Assembly (NCBI RefSeq): GCF_024502345.1
Contig: NZ_JALDNN010000001.1
Origin: Escherichia coli
GTDB taxonomy: Bacteria; Pseudomonadota; Gammaproteobacteria; Enterobacterales; Enterobacteriaceae
DNA length: 64,000 nt
Strand: one strand, 5' to 3'
In this document: one piece after another, positions 43,376-54,974 of the stretch
How the letters are laid out: the number at the start of each line of letters is the position of its first letter
How positions within the stretch are numbered: position 1 is the stretch's first letter
Position numbers and translations under genes: made by a program
The notes under the pieces: model-generated
Seen by the model: the letters and a program-made list of their open reading frames with translations, nothing else
What the model was told of the DNA's origin: nothing
Databases searched by the model: none

Positions 43376-43799
43376 CTGGTGGTTCGCCACATCACCCCGC
43401 CTCCGCCAGCTTTGCTGGGCAGTCTGGTTGCTGATGTTAGTTACGCTCATTTTTCTATCATCGACACACCATGAAGAGCGCGACGCATTAATTCGACTAC
43501 GGGCAAGTCATCACCAGCAGTGGGCCGCACTGTATCGCCTGGTAGACACCACTCCCTTCAGCGAGGAAAAAACGCTGCCCTTTTCGCCACTGGATTTTCA
43601 GTTATCCGGCGCGCAACTGGTTTCCTGGCATCCATCCGCGCAGGGAGGCGAGTTGGCGTTGAAAACGCTGTGGGAAGCAGTGCCGTCGGCATTTACACGG
43701 CTGGCAGAGCGCAACGTCAGCGTGAGCCGTTTTTCGTTAAGCGTGGAAGGTGATGATCTTTTGTTCACGCTACAACTGGAGACGCCGCATGAGGGTTAA
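43359..43799 (+). CDS. hofO: HofO (PilO-like)
   Basis: 146 aa; overlaps hofN by 17 nt. Confidence 0.8.
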   Translation: MNMFFDWWFATSPRLRQLCWAVWLLMLVTLIFLSSTHHEERDALIRLRASHHQQWAALYRLVDTTPFSEEKTLPFSPLDFQLSGAQLVSWHPSAQGGELALKTLWEAVPSAFTRLAERNVSVSRFSLSVEGDDLLFTLQLETPHEG

Positions 43800-44193
43800 A
43801 CGCTGGTTGTTGGCAGGTATTGCATTGTGCCTTTTAACCGGTATGCGTGACCCTTTTAAACCGCCGGAAGATCTATGCCGGATTAGCGAACTTAGCCAGT
43901 GGCGCTATCAGGGGATGGTAGGGCGAGGCGAACGCATCATCGGTGTAATAAAAGACGGGCAAAAGAAATGGCGACGGGTGCAGCAAAACGATGTGCTGGA
44001 AAACGGCTGGACAATTTTACAGCTGACGCCAGACGTACTAACGCTGGGTACCGGGACAAACTGCGAACCGCCACAATGGTTGTGGCAACGGCAAGGAGAT
44101 ACAAATGAAGCAATGGATAGCCGCACTACTGTTGATGCTGATACCCGGCGTACAGGCGGCAAAGCCGCAAAAAGTGACGCTGATGGTGGATGA
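43789..44193 (+). CDS. hofP: HofP (PilP-like lipoprotein)
   Basis: 134 aa from MRVKRWLLAGIALCLLTG (lipoprotein-like signal); overlaps hofO by 11 nt. Confidence 0.8.
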   Translation: MRVKRWLLAGIALCLLTGMRDPFKPPEDLCRISELSQWRYQGMVGRGERIIGVIKDGQKKWRRVQQNDVLENGWTILQLTPDVLTLGTGTNCEPPQWLWQRQGDTNEAMDSRTTVDADTRRTGGKAAKSDADGG

Positions 44194-45343
44194 CGTTCCG
44201 GTAGCTCAGGTGTTGCAGGCGCTGGCTGAACAGGAGAAGTTGAACCTGGTGGTGTCGCCAGACGTCAGCGGTACGGTGTCGTTACATCTAACAGATGTTC
44301 CCTGGAAGCAGGCACTACAAACTGTAGTGAAAAGCGCCGGACTGATAACGCGCCAGGAGGGCAACATTCTCTCGGTGCATTCCGTTGCCTGGCAGAATGA
44401 CAATATCGCCCGTCAGGAGGCGGAGCAGGCGCGGGCGCAGGCAAATCTGCCGCTGGAAAATCGCAATATTACTCTGCAATACGCCGACGCCGGAGAGCTG
44501 GCGAAAGCGGGGGAGAAGCTACTGAGTGCCAAAGGGAGTATGACCGTCGATAAACGCACCAATCGCCTTTTGCTGCGAGATAACAAAACGGCGTTAAGCG
44601 CGCTTGAACAATGGGTAGCGCAAATGGATCTGCCGGTCGGGCAGGTTGAGCTGTCGGCGCATATTGTCACCATTAATGAAAAAAGTTTGCGTGAGTTAGG
44701 CGTGAAATGGACGCTGGCCGATGCGCAACACGCTGGTGGCGTTGGGCAAGTCACCACGCTTGGTAGCGACCTCTCCGTAGCGACGGCGACAACGCATGTC
44801 GGTTTTAACATTGGGCGCATCAACGGACGCTTGCTGGATCTTGAGCTTTCCGCGCTCGAACAAAAACAGCAGCTGGATATTATCGCCAGTCCGCGTCTGC
44901 TGGCCTCACATCTTCAGCCTGCCAGCATTAAACAGGGGAGCGAAATTCCATATCAGGTTTCCAGCGGGGAAAGTGGCGCGACGTCGGTGGAATTTAAAGA
45001 GGCCGTCCTGGGGATGGAGGTCACGCCCACGGTGTTACAAAAAGGTCGCATCCGGCTGAAATTACACATCAGCCAGAACGTTCCGGGGCAGGTGCTACAG
45101 CAGGCCGATGGCGAAGTGCTGGCGATTGATAAGCAGGAGATCGAAACGCAGGTCGAGGTCAAAAGCGGAGAAACGTTGGCGCTGGGCGGCATTTTTACCC
45201 GTAAAAATAAATCGGGTCAGGATAGCGTACCGTTGCTTGGCGACATTCCCTGGTTCGGGCAATTATTTCGTCATGACGGAAAAGAAGATGAACGACGCGA
45301 GTTAGTGGTGTTTATCACGCCACGACTGGTTTCCAGTGAGTAA
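44105..45343 (+). CDS. hofQ: outer-membrane secretin HofQ (DNA uptake pore)
   Basis: 412 aa; signal peptide; secretin C-terminal domain (VPLLGDIPWFGQLF). Confidence 0.92.
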   Translation: MKQWIAALLLMLIPGVQAAKPQKVTLMVDDVPVAQVLQALAEQEKLNLVVSPDVSGTVSLHLTDVPWKQALQTVVKSAGLITRQEGNILSVHSVAWQNDNIARQEAEQARAQANLPLENRNITLQYADAGELAKAGEKLLSAKGSMTVDKRTNRLLLRDNKTALSALEQWVAQMDLPVGQVELSAHIVTINEKSLRELGVKWTLADAQHAGGVGQVTTLGSDLSVATATTHVGFNIGRINGRLLDLELSALEQKQQLDIIASPRLLASHLQPASIKQGSEIPYQVSSGESGATSVEFKEAVLGMEVTPTVLQKGRIRLKLHISQNVPGQVLQQADGEVLAIDKQEIETQVEVKSGETLALGGIFTRKNKSGQDSVPLLGDIPWFGQLFRHDGKEDERRELVVFITPRLVSSE

Positions 45344-45743
45344 ACAGCCGTAAAAGCGGTAATGTTTTTATGCTGAACGTGTTTCATCTATTTGACGCGC
45401 GCAGGTATTTAGCATACAAGGAGTACCGATTTGAGAGTTGGTGCTCTTCGCTGCCTGCGTTCCATGATGATGATTTATCATTCAGGCGGCATTTTGCTGT
45501 CTTTTTTACGCTAATCTTACCCGGTGATTTATCGCCAGAGCGGTGGTAGCAAGGCAGCGCGCTTGCAGCGACCAGATATGCAGAGGGATGGGTGATTTAT
45601 TCAGTTGCCAAACCCGCTGGAGTATTGAGATAATTTTCAGTCTGACTCTCGCAATATCTTATGAGGTTTCAGTTCATGTCCTGCGGCGCTCTCTGAGCGA
45701 AGCGGGTTTATCATTAACGAATAGTCTTAGTAGTACCGAAAAA

Positions 45744-46265
45744 ATGGCAGAGAAACGCAATATCTTTCTGGTTGGGCCTATGGGTGCCGGAAAAAGCACT
45801 ATTGGGCGCCAGTTAGCTCAACAACTCAATATGGAATTTTACGATTCCGATCAAGAGATTGAGAAACGAACCGGAGCTGATGTGGGCTGGGTTTTCGATT
45901 TAGAAGGCGAAGAAGGCTTCCGCGATCGCGAAGAAAAGGTCATCAATGAGTTGACCGAGAAACAGGGTATTGTGCTGGCTACTGGCGGCGGCTCTGTGAA
46001 ATCCCGTGAAACGCGTAACCGTCTTTCCGCTCGTGGCGTTGTCGTTTATCTTGAAACGACCATCGAAAAGCAACTTGCACGCACGCAGCGTGATAAAAAA
46101 CGCCCGTTGCTGCACGTTGAAACACCGCCGCGTGAAGTTCTGGAAGCGTTGGCCAATGAACGCAATCCGCTGTATGAAGAGATTGCCGACGTGACCATTC
46201 GTACTGATGATCAAAGCGCTAAAGTGGTTGCAAACCAGATTATTCACATGCTGGAAAGCAACTAA
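45744..46265 (+). CDS. aroK: shikimate kinase I
   Basis: 173 aa from [19 protein letters not shown] (Walker A); ORF track start is a 67-codon upstream extension. Confidence 0.95.
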   Translation: MAEKRNIFLVGPMGAGKSTIGRQLAQQLNMEFYDSDQEIEKRTGADVGWVFDLEGEEGFRDREEKVINELTEKQGIVLATGGGSVKSRETRNRLSARGVVVYLETTIEKQLARTQRDKKRPLLHVETPPREVLEALANERNPLYEEIADVTIRTDDQSAKVVANQIIHMLESN

Positions 46266-46321
46266 TTCTGGCTTTATATACACTCGTCTGCGGGTACAGT
46301 AATTAAGGTGGATGTCGCGTT

Positions 46322-47410
46322 ATGGAGAGGATTGTCGTTACTCTCGGGGAACGTAGTTACCCAATTACCATCGCATCTGGTTTGTTTAATGAACCAGCTT
46401 CATTCTTACCGCTGAAATCGGGCGAGCAGGTCATGTTGGTCACCAACGAAACCCTGGCTCCTCTGTATCTCGATAAGGTCCGCGGCGTACTTGAACAGGC
46501 GGGTGTTAACGTCGATAGCGTTACCCTCCCTGACGGCGAGCAGTATAAAAGCCTGGCTGTACTCGATACCGTCTTTACGGCGTTGTTACAAAAGCCGCAT
46601 GGTCGCGATACTACGCTGGTGGCGCTTGGCGGCGGCGTAGTGGGCGATCTGACCGGCTTCGCGGCGGCGAGTTATCAGCGCGGTGTTCGTTTCATTCAAG
46701 TCCCGACGACGTTACTGTCGCAGGTCGATTCCTCCGTTGGCGGCAAAACTGCGGTCAACCATCCCCTCGGTAAAAACATGATTGGCGCGTTCTACCAGCC
46801 TGCTTCAGTGGTGGTGGATCTCGACTGTCTGAAAACGCTTCCCCCGCGTGAGTTAGCGTCGGGGCTGGCAGAAGTCATCAAATACGGCATTATTCTTGAC
46901 GGTGCGTTTTTTAACTGGCTGGAAGAGAATCTGGATGCGTTGTTGCGTCTGGACGGTCCGGCAATGGCGTACTGTATTCGCCGTTGTTGTGAACTGAAGT
47001 CAGAAGTTGTCGCCGCCGACGAGCGCGAAACCGGGTTACGTGCTTTACTGAATCTGGGACACACCTTTGGTCATGCCATTGAAGCTGAAATGGGGTATGG
47101 CAATTGGTTACATGGTGAAGCGGTCGCTGCGGGTATGGTGATGGCGGCGCGGACGTCGGAACGTCTCGGGCAGTTTAGTTCTGCCGAAACGCAGCGTATT
47201 ATAACCCTGCTCACGCGGGCTGGGTTACCGGTCAATGGGCCGCGCGAAATGTCCGCGCAGGCGTATTTACCGCATATGCTGCGTGACAAGAAAGTCCTTG
47301 CGGGAGAGATGCGCTTAATTCTTCCGTTGGCAATTGGTAAGAGTGAAGTTCGCAGCGGCGTTTCGCACGAGCTTGTTCTTAACGCCATTGCCGATTGTCA
47401 ATCAGCGTAA
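46322..47410 (+). CDS. aroB: 3-dehydroquinate synthase
   Basis: 362 aa; NAD-binding GGGVVGD. Confidence 0.95.
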   Translation: MERIVVTLGERSYPITIASGLFNEPASFLPLKSGEQVMLVTNETLAPLYLDKVRGVLEQAGVNVDSVTLPDGEQYKSLAVLDTVFTALLQKPHGRDTTLVALGGGVVGDLTGFAAASYQRGVRFIQVPTTLLSQVDSSVGGKTAVNHPLGKNMIGAFYQPASVVVDLDCLKTLPPRELASGLAEVIKYGIILDGAFFNWLEENLDALLRLDGPAMAYCIRRCCELKSEVVAADERETGLRALLNLGHTFGHAIEAEMGYGNWLHGEAVAAGMVMAARTSERLGQFSSAETQRIITLLTRAGLPVNGPREMSAQAYLPHMLRDKKVLAGEMRLILPLAIGKSEVRSGVSHELVLNAIADCQSA

Positions 47411-47501
47411 CAACAAGAAAGGTCAGGCCGCTTATCAAGCGGTCTATTAGCTTCAGGTTAATTGCAACGTGGTAAGCATTAACCTTTTAGTGGGGTGTTA
47501 A

Positions 47502-48788
47502 ATGGATGAATTCAAACCAGAAGACGAGCTGAAACCCGATCCCAGCGATCGTCGTACTGGTCGTTCTCGTCAATCTTCTGAACGTTCTGAGCGTACTGAA
47601 CGTGGCGAACCGCAGATCAATTTTGATGATATTGAACTTGATGACACTGACGATCGCCGTCCGACTCGTGCGCAAAAAGAGCGCAATGAGGAACCGGAAA
47701 TCGAAGAAGAAATTGACGAATCCGAAGATGAAACCGTGGATGAAGAGCGCGTAGAGCGTCGTCCGCGTAAGCGCAAAAAAGCAGCCAGTAAACCCGCTTC
47801 TCGTCAGTATATGATGATGGGCGTCGGCATTCTGGTTCTACTGCTGTTGATCATCGGTATCGGTTCTGCGCTAAAAGCCCCCTCGACCACTTCCAGCGAT
47901 CAAACCGCGTCTGGCGAGAAGAGTATTGATCTTGCTGGCAATGCGACCGATCAGGCGAATGGCGTGCAGCCAGCGCCGGGAACCACGTCTGCGGAAAATA
48001 CTCAGCAGGATGTTTCTCTGCCACCGATCTCTTCTACGCCGACTCAAGGGCAAACCCCGGCGGCAACGGATGGTCAACAACGTGTTGAAGTGCAGGGTGA
48101 CCTGAACAATGCGCTGACCCAGCCACAAAATCAGCAACAGTTGAACAATGTGGCGGTCAATTCCACATTGCCGACCGAACCCGCGACTGTCGCGCCTGTT
48201 CGCAATGGCAATGCATCCCGTGAAACGGCGAAAACGCAAACCGCTGAACGTCCGGCCACTACGCGTCCAGCTCGCCAGCAGGCAGTGATTGAACCGAAAA
48301 AACCGCAAGCAACCGTGAAAACGGAGCCGAAGCCGGTAGCACAGACGCCGAAGCGTACTGAACCAGCTGCCCCTGTGGCGAGCACGAAGGCACCGGCTGC
48401 GACTTCTACGCCAGCACCAAAAGAGACGGCGACTACGGCTCCAGTACAGACGGCATCCCCGGCGCAAACCACGGCAACACCAGCCGCTGGAGGGAAGACC
48501 GCAGGTAATGTTGGTTCGTTGAAATCGGCACCGTCCAGCCATTACACTCTGCAGCTGAGCAGTTCCTCTAACTACGACAACCTGAACGGTTGGGCGAAGA
48601 AAGAGAATCTGAAAAACTACGTTGTCTATGAAACGACGCGTAATGGTCAGCCGTGGTATGTCCTGGTTTCTGGCGTGTACGCTTCGAAAGAAGAGGCGAA
48701 AAAAGCGGTATCTACATTGCCAGCAGATGTTCAGGCCAAAAACCCGTGGGCGAAACCGCTGCGTCAGGTACAGGCCGATCTGAAGTAA
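47502..48788 (+). CDS. damX: cell-division protein DamX (SPOR domain)
   Basis: 428 aa; acidic N-terminus, single TM, long P/T/A/Q-rich low-complexity linker, C-terminal SPOR domain. Confidence 0.93.
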   Translation: MDEFKPEDELKPDPSDRRTGRSRQSSERSERTERGEPQINFDDIELDDTDDRRPTRAQKERNEEPEIEEEIDESEDETVDEERVERRPRKRKKAASKPASRQYMMMGVGILVLLLLIIGIGSALKAPSTTSSDQTASGEKSIDLAGNATDQANGVQPAPGTTSAENTQQDVSLPPISSTPTQGQTPAATDGQQRVEVQGDLNNALTQPQNQQQLNNVAVNSTLPTEPATVAPVRNGNASRETAKTQTAERPATTRPARQQAVIEPKKPQATVKTEPKPVAQTPKRTEPAAPVASTKAPAATSTPAPKETATTAPVQTASPAQTTATPAAGGKTAGNVGSLKSAPSSHYTLQLSSSSNYDNLNGWAKKENLKNYVVYETTRNGQPWYVLVSGVYASKEEAKKAVSTLPADVQAKNPWAKPLRQVQADLK

Positions 48789-48894
48789 TCAAGGTTATCT
48801 CCCGCAATGGTTTATCGTTGCGGGAGTTGCCTGAAGCGCTGGATGCTGTCGGAGCTTTCTCCACAGCCGGAGAAGGTGTAATTAGTTAGTCAGC

Positions 48895-49731
48895 ATGAAG
48901 AAAAATCGCGCTTTTTTGAAGTGGGCAGGGGGCAAGTATCCCCTGCTTGATGATATTAAACGGCATTTGCCCAAGGGCGAATGTCTGGTTGAGCCTTTTG
49001 TAGGTGCCGGGTCGGTGTTTCTCAACACCGACTTTTCTCGTTATATCCTTGCCGATATCAATAGCGACCTGATCAGTCTCTATAACATTGTGAAGATGCG
49101 TACTGATGAGTACGTACAGGCCGCACGCGAGCTGTTTGTTCCCGAAACAAATTGCGCCGAGGTTTACTATCAGTTCCGCGAAGAGTTCAACAAAAGCCAG
49201 GATCCGTTCCGTCGGGCGGTACTGTTTTTATATTTGAACCGCTACGGTTACAACGGCCTGTGTCGTTACAATCTGCGCGGTGAGTTTAACGTGCCGTTTG
49301 GCCGCTACAAAAAACCCTATTTCCCGGAAGCAGAGTTGTATCACTTCGCTGAAAAAGCGCAGAATGCCTTTTTCTATTGTGAGTCTTACGCCGATAGCAT
49401 GGCGCGCGCAGATGATGCATCCGTCGTCTATTGCGATCCGCCTTATGCACCGCTGTCTGCGACCGCCAACTTTACGGCGTATCACACAAACAGTTTTACG
49501 CTTGAACAACAAGCGCATCTGGCGGAGATCGCCGAAGGTCTGGTTGATCGCCATATTCCTGTGCTGATCTCCAATCACGATACGATGTTAACGCGTGAGT
49601 GGTATCAGCGCGCAAAATTGCATGTCGTCAAAGTTCGACGCAGTATAAGCAGCAACGGCGGCACACGTAAAAAGGTGGACGAACTGCTGGCTTTGTACAA
49701 ACCAGGAGTCGTTTCACCCGCGAAAAAATAA
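48895..49731 (+). CDS. dam: DNA adenine methyltransferase (GATC)
   Basis: 278 aa; catalytic DPPY motif (VYCDPPYAP). Confidence 0.96.
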   Translation: MKKNRAFLKWAGGKYPLLDDIKRHLPKGECLVEPFVGAGSVFLNTDFSRYILADINSDLISLYNIVKMRTDEYVQAARELFVPETNCAEVYYQFREEFNKSQDPFRRAVLFLYLNRYGYNGLCRYNLRGEFNVPFGRYKKPYFPEAELYHFAEKAQNAFFYCESYADSMARADDASVVYCDPPYAPLSATANFTAYHTNSFTLEQQAHLAEIAEGLVDRHIPVLISNHDTMLTREWYQRAKLHVVKVRRSISSNGGTRKKVDELLALYKPGVVSPAKK

Positions 49732-49748
49732 TTCTCAAGGAGAAGCGG

Positions 49749-50426
49749 ATGAAACAGTATTTGATTGCCCCCTCAATTCTGTCGGCTGATTTTGCCCGCC
49801 TGGGTGAAGATACCGCAAAAGCCCTGGCAGCTGGCGCTGATGTCGTGCATTTTGACGTCATGGATAACCACTATGTTCCCAATCTGACGATTGGGCCAAT
49901 GGTGCTGAAATCCTTGCGTAACTACGGCATTACCGCCCCTATCGACGTACACCTGATGGTGAAACCTGTCGATCGCATTGTGCCTGATTTCGCTGCCGCT
50001 GGTGCCAGCATCATTACCTTTCATCCAGAAGCCTCCGAGCATGTTGACCGCACGCTGCAACTGATTAAAGAAAATGGCTGTAAAGCGGGACTGGTATTTA
50101 ACCCGGCGACACCGCTGAGCTATCTGGATTACGTGATGGATAAGCTGGATGTGATCCTGCTGATGTCCGTCAATCCTGGTTTCGGCGGTCAGTCGTTCAT
50201 TCCTCAAACACTGGATAAACTGCGCGAAGTACGTCGTCGTATCGACGAGTCTGGCTTTGACATTCGTCTGGAAGTAGACGGTGGCGTGAAGGTGAACAAC
50301 ATTGGCGAAATCGCTGCGGCGGGCGCGGATATGTTCGTCGCCGGTTCGGCAATCTTCGACCAGCCAGACTACAAAAAAGTCATTGATGAAATGCGCAGTG
50401 AACTGGCAAAGGTAAGTCATGAATAA
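49749..50426 (+). CDS. rpe: ribulose-phosphate 3-epimerase
   Basis: 225 aa. Confidence 0.95.
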   Translation: MKQYLIAPSILSADFARLGEDTAKALAAGADVVHFDVMDNHYVPNLTIGPMVLKSLRNYGITAPIDVHLMVKPVDRIVPDFAAAGASIITFHPEASEHVDRTLQLIKENGCKAGLVFNPATPLSYLDYVMDKLDVILLMSVNPGFGGQSFIPQTLDKLREVRRRIDESGFDIRLEVDGGVKVNNIGEIAAAGADMFVAGSAIFDQPDYKKVIDEMRSELAKVSHE

Positions 50427-51177
50427 GTTTGAAGATATTCGCGGCGTCGCTTTTGATCTTGATGGTACGCTGGTCGACAGTGCTCCCGGTCTTGCTGCTG
50501 CGGTAGATATGGCGCTGTATGCGCTGGAGTTGCCCATCGCAGGTGAAGAACGCGTTATTACCTGGATTGGTAACGGCGCAGATGTTCTGATGGAGCGCGC
50601 ATTGACCTGGGCGCGTCAGGAACGTGCGACTCAGCGTAAAACAATGGGTAAACCGCCCGTTGATGACGACATTCCGGCAGAAGAACAGGTACGTATTCTG
50701 CGTAAACTGTTCGATCGCTACTATGGCGAGGTTGCCGAAGAGGGGACGTTTTTGTTCCCGCACGTTGCCGATACGTTGGGCGCGTTGCAGGCTAAAGGCC
50801 TGCCGCTAGGCCTGGTCACCAACAAACCGACGCCGTTCGTCGCGCCGCTGCTCGAAGCCTTAGATATTGCCAAATACTTTAGCGTGGTTATCGGCGGCGA
50901 TGATGTGAAAAACAAAAAACCGCATCCGGACCCGCTGTTACTGGTGGCTGAGCGGATGGGAATTGCCTCACAAGAGATGCTGTTTGTCGGCGACTCACGC
51001 AATGATATTCAGGCGGCAAAAGCGGCAGGTTGCCCATCAGTTGGCTTAACCTACGGATATAACTACGGCGAGGCTATCGATCTCAGCCAGCCTGATGTAA
51101 TTTATCAGTCTATAAATGACCTTCTGCCCGCATTAGGGCTTCCGCATAGCGAAAATCAGGAATCGAAAAATGACTAA
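50419..51177 (+). CDS. gph: phosphoglycolate phosphatase (HAD family)
   Basis: 252 aa; HAD motif [10 protein letters not shown]; overlaps rpe by 8 nt. Confidence 0.95.
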   Translation: MNKFEDIRGVAFDLDGTLVDSAPGLAAAVDMALYALELPIAGEERVITWIGNGADVLMERALTWARQERATQRKTMGKPPVDDDIPAEEQVRILRKLFDRYYGEVAEEGTFLFPHVADTLGALQAKGLPLGLVTNKPTPFVAPLLEALDIAKYFSVVIGGDDVKNKKPHPDPLLLVAERMGIASQEMLFVGDSRNDIQAAKAAGCPSVGLTYGYNYGEAIDLSQPDVIYQSINDLLPALGLPHSENQESKND

Positions 51178-52174
51178 GCCCATCGTTTTTAGTGGCGCAC
51201 AGCCCTCAGGTGAATTGACCATTGGTAACTACATGGGTGCGCTGCGTCAGTGGGTAAACATGCAGGATGACTACCATTGCATTTACTGTATCGTTGACCA
51301 ACACGCGATCACCGTGCGCCAGGATGCACAGAAGCTGCGTAAAGCGACGCTGGATACGCTGGCCTTGTATCTGGCTTGTGGTATCGATCCTGAGAAAAGC
51401 ACCATTTTTGTTCAGTCCCACGTACCAGAACATGCGCAGTTAGGCTGGGCACTGAACTGCTATACCTACTTCGGCGAACTGAGCCGCATGACCCAGTTTA
51501 AAGATAAATCTGCGCGTTATGCCGAGAACATCAACGCTGGTCTGTTTGACTATCCGGTGCTGATGGCTGCGGACATCCTGCTGTATCAAACTAATCTGGT
51601 ACCGGTGGGTGAAGACCAGAAACAGCACCTGGAACTGAGTCGCGATATCGCCCAGCGTTTCAACGCGCTGTATGGCGAGATCTTTAAGGTGCCGGAGCCG
51701 TTTATTCCGAAATCTGGCGCGCGCGTAATGTCGCTGCTGGAGCCGACCAAGAAGATGTCCAAGTCTGACGATAACCGCAATAACGTTATCGGCCTGCTGG
51801 AAGATCCGAAATCGGTAGTGAAGAAAATCAAACGCGCGGTCACTGACTCCGACGAGCCGCCGGTAGTTCGCTACGATGTGCAGAACAAAGCGGGCGTTTC
51901 CAACCTGCTGGATATCCTTTCTGCGGTAACGGGCCAGAGCATCCCAGAACTGGAAAAACAGTTCGAAGGCAAGATGTATGGTCATCTGAAAGGTGAAGTG
52001 GCTGATGCCGTTTCCGGTATGCTGACTGAATTGCAGGAACGCTATCACCGTTTCCGCAACGATGAAGCCTTCCTGCAACAGGTGATGAAAGACGGCGCAG
52101 AAAAAGCCAGTGTACACGCTTCCCGTACGCTGAAAGCGGTGTACGAAGCGATTGGTTTTGTGGCGAAGCCGTAA
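51170..52174 (+). CDS. trpS: tryptophan--tRNA ligase
   Basis: 334 aa; class I KMSKS motif present. Confidence 0.96.
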   Translation: MTKPIVFSGAQPSGELTIGNYMGALRQWVNMQDDYHCIYCIVDQHAITVRQDAQKLRKATLDTLALYLACGIDPEKSTIFVQSHVPEHAQLGWALNCYTYFGELSRMTQFKDKSARYAENINAGLFDYPVLMAADILLYQTNLVPVGEDQKQHLELSRDIAQRFNALYGEIFKVPEPFIPKSGARVMSLLEPTKKMSKSDDNRNNVIGLLEDPKSVVKKIKRAVTDSDEPPVVRYDVQNKAGVSNLLDILSAVTGQSIPELEKQFEGKMYGHLKGEVADAVSGMLTELQERYHRFRNDEAFLQQVMKDGAEKASVHASRTLKAVYEAIGFVAKP

Positions 52175-52189
52175 TATCAAAACGCTCGG

Positions 52190-52232
52190 ACGGTCCCCTC
52201 GCCCCTTTGGGGAGAGGGTTAGGGTGAGGGGA
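52190..52232. repeat. 43-bp GC-rich palindromic repeat unit (copy 1 of 2 identical direct copies)
   Basis: ACGGTCCCCTCGCCCCTTTGGGGAGAGGGTTAGGGTGAGGGGA, identical to 59897-59939; resembles the boxC class of enterobacterial intergenic repeats (class name from memory, unverified). Confidence 0.8.
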
Positions 52233-52300
52233 GCAGGGAAGCGCCAGTGGGAATTACCCTTTGCTCGCATTGTCGAATAAATCACTTCGTCATCACTCTG

Positions 52301-52327
52301 AAACCGGGGAAACCCGGTTTTTTTATC
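52301..52327 (+). terminator. rho-independent terminator of the trpS operon (AAACCGGGGAAACCCGGTTT + T-run)
   Basis: perfect stem-loop followed by TTTTTTT. Confidence 0.75.
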
Positions 52328-52442
52328 CTCATTTGCAATAATCCGAAAAAATGTGAAGCGCCTCGCCGTTTCCACATCTCACAGTTGCCACTTATCTTCA
52401 TTTTAATGAAGATATAAACATTCATTTTATTGAAAATATATT

Positions 52443-53348
52443 ATGCGTCGAACGTTTATCAAAAAAGAAGGCGTCGTTATCACGACGCTGGCCCGTTATT
52501 TGTTGGGTGAAAAATGCGGTAATAGGTTGAAAACCATAGATGAGCTGGCAACTGAATGCCGTTCATCCGTTGGCCTGACGCAGGCCGCGTTGAAAACGCT
52601 GGAATCAAGCGGAGCGATACGGATTGAACGCCGTGGGCGCAATGGCAGTTATCTGGTCGAGATGGATAACAAAGCATTGCTGAGTCATGTGGATATCAAC
52701 AACGTGGTATGTGCGATGCCTTTGCCCTATACCCGCTTGTACGAAGGTTTAGCGAGCGGATTGAAAGCCCAGTTTGATGGCATTCCTTTTTACTATGCGC
52801 ATATGCGCGGCGCGGATATTCGCGTGGAGTGTTTACTTAACGGCGTGTATGACATGGCGGTGGTTTCCCGACTGGCGGCGGAAAGTTATCTCACGCAAAA
52901 AGGGTTTTGCCTCGCGCTGGAGTTGGGGCCGCACACCTACGTTGGCGAGCACCAGTTGATTTGCCGTAAAGGCGAGTCCGCAAACGTGAAGCGCGTGGGG
53001 CTGGATAACCGTTCGGCGGATCAGAAAATCATGACCGATGTTTTTTTTGGCGGTAGTGATGTGGAACGAGTCGATCTCTCTTATCACGAGAGTTTACAAC
53101 GCATTGTTAAAGGCGATGTCGATGCGGTGATCTGGAACGTGGTGGCGGAAAACGAACTGACCATGCTGGGATTAGAGGCGACGCCGCTCACAGACGATCC
53201 GCGATTTTTACAGGCCACCGAAGCCGTGGTCCTGACGCGAGTCGATGATTACCCAATGCAACAACTGCTGCGTGCCGTTGTAGATAAACACGCCCTGCTT
53301 GCCCATCAACAACGGGTGGTGAGTGGGGAACAGGAACCCAGTTATTAA
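52443..53348 (+). CDS. yhfZ: putative transcriptional regulator YhfZ
   Basis: 301 aa; first gene of the yhfZ-yhfS cluster. Confidence 0.8.
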   Translation: MRRTFIKKEGVVITTLARYLLGEKCGNRLKTIDELATECRSSVGLTQAALKTLESSGAIRIERRGRNGSYLVEMDNKALLSHVDINNVVCAMPLPYTRLYEGLASGLKAQFDGIPFYYAHMRGADIRVECLLNGVYDMAVVSRLAAESYLTQKGFCLALELGPHTYVGEHQLICRKGESANVKRVGLDNRSADQKIMTDVFFGGSDVERVDLSYHESLQRIVKGDVDAVIWNVVAENELTMLGLEATPLTDDPRFLQATEAVVLTRVDDYPMQQLLRAVVDKHALLAHQQRVVSGEQEPSY

Positions 53349-53364
53349 ACGAAAGGCATCTGAT

Positions 53365-53727
53365 ATGGAAACCAGACTCAACCTGCTTTGCGAGGCAGGC
53401 GTTATTGATAAGGACGTCTGCAAAGGCATGATGCAGGTCGTCAACGTACTGGAAAAAGAGTGCCATCTGCCGGTGCGCAGTGAGCAAGGAACGATGGCGA
53501 TGACACATATGGCGAGTGCACTGATGCGCAGTCGCCGTGGTGAAGAAATTGAGCCATTGGATAACGAGTTGCTGGCAGAACTGGCGCAATCCAGCCACTG
53601 GCAAGCCGTTGTGCAATTGCATCAGGTGTTGTTGAAGGAATTCGCACTGGAAGTTAACCCGTGTGAAGAAGGCTATTTGCTGGCCAACCTTTATGGATTA
53701 TGGATGGCTGCTAACGAAGAGGTTTGA
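53365..53727 (+). CDS. yhfY: small PRD-domain-like protein YhfY
   Basis: about 120 aa from METRLNLLCEAG; ORF track start is 14 codons upstream. Confidence 0.7.
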   Translation: METRLNLLCEAGVIDKDVCKGMMQVVNVLEKECHLPVRSEQGTMAMTHMASALMRSRRGEEIEPLDNELLAELAQSSHWQAVVQLHQVLLKEFALEVNPCEEGYLLANLYGLWMAANEEV

Positions 53728-53810
53728 AGCTCCCGACAAATCCACGTCGCACAACCTAAATATTCAAAAAAATGAATATTTAATTCAAGGAACAGAAACG
53801 AGGCAACAAG

Positions 53811-54974
53811 ATGTTTGTAGAAGCATTGAAACGCCAGAACCCGGCGCTGATTTCCGCCGCACTAAGTTTGTGGCAGCAGGGCAAGATCGCCCCGGACAGC
53901 TGGGTGATCGACGTGGATCAGGTACTGGAAAACGGTAAGCGACTGATTGAGACGGCGCGGCTTTACGGCATTGAACTGTATCTGATGACCAAGCAGTTTG
54001 GCCGTAACCCATGGCTGGCGGAAAAATTGCTGGCATTAGGTTACAGCGGCATTGTGGCGGTGGATTACAAAGAGGCGCGAGTCATGCGCCACGCTGGTTT
54101 GTCGGTGGCGCATCAGGGGCATCTGGTACAAATCCCTTGTCATCAGGTTGCTGACGCCGTTGAACAGGGCACCGACGTCATCACCGTGTTTACTCTCGAC
54201 AAAGCGCGGGAAGTTTCTGCGGCAGCGGTGAAGGCCGGGCGAATCCAGTCTGTGCTGCTTAAAGTTTATAGCGACGATGATTTTCTTTATCCGGGCCAGG
54301 AGAGCGGTTTTGCCCTCAAGGTGTTGCCGGAGATTGTCGCCGAAATCCAGAATCTGCCAGGGCTACATTTGGCGGGACTTACCCATTTCCCTTGCCTGCT
54401 TTGGGATGAGGCTGCCGGGAAAGTTTTGCCAACACCGAATCTTCACACGCTGGTACAAGCACGGGATCAACTGGCGAAATCTGGTATTGCGATTGAGCAA
54501 CTGAACGCGCCTTCAGCGACCAGCTGCACTTCGCTGCCATTGCTGGCGGAATACGGTGCGACTCATGCCGAACCCGGTCATGCGCTGACCGGTACTATTC
54601 CGGCAAACCAGCAGGGCGATCAGCCTGAACGTATCGCGATGCTCTGGTTGAGTGAAATCTCCCATCATTTCCGTGGCGACAGCTACTGCTACGGCGGCGG
54701 TTACTACCGTCGTGGTCATGCGCAACATGCGCTGGTGTGTACGCCAGAAAATCAAAAGATTACTGAAACCAATCTCAAAACTGTGGATGACAGCAGTATC
54801 GACTACACCCTGTCGCTGGCAGGCGAGTTTCCGGTAAGCAGTGCAGTAGTGCTCTGTTTTCGCACGCAGATTTTTGTCACTCGTAGTGATGTGGTGCTGG
54901 TGTCCGGTATTCACCGTGGCGAACCAGAAATCGTCGGTCGTTATGACAGTCTTGGAAACTCTCTGGGGGCGTAA
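53811..54974 (+). CDS. yhfX: PLP-dependent alanine-racemase-fold protein YhfX
   Basis: 387 aa. Confidence 0.8.
   Translation: MFVEALKRQNPALISAALSLWQQGKIAPDSWVIDVDQVLENGKRLIETARLYGIELYLMTKQFGRNPWLAEKLLALGYSGIVAVDYKEARVMRHAGLSVAHQGHLVQIPCHQVADAVEQGTDVITVFTLDKAREVSAAAVKAGRIQSVLLKVYSDDDFLYPGQESGFALKVLPEIVAEIQNLPGLHLAGLTHFPCLLWDEAAGKVLPTPNLHTLVQARDQLAKSGIAIEQLNAPSATSCTSLPLLAEYGATHAEPGHALTGTIPANQQGDQPERIAMLWLSEISHHFRGDSYCYGGGYYRRGHAQHALVCTPENQKITETNLKTVDDSSIDYTLSLAGEFPVSSAVVLCFRTQIFVTRSDVVLVSGIHRGEPEIVGRYDSLGNSLGA

Noticed and set aside
45543-45743. 67-codon upstream extension of aroK in the ORF track
   Set aside because: Shikimate kinase begins at [19 protein letters not shown]; the upstream part is promoter/leader sequence in frame.
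47502-48788. Low-complexity P/T/A/Q-rich region in damX as a possible foreign or repetitive element
   Set aside because: This is the known disordered linker of DamX between its TM segment and SPOR domain, not a mobile or repeat element.
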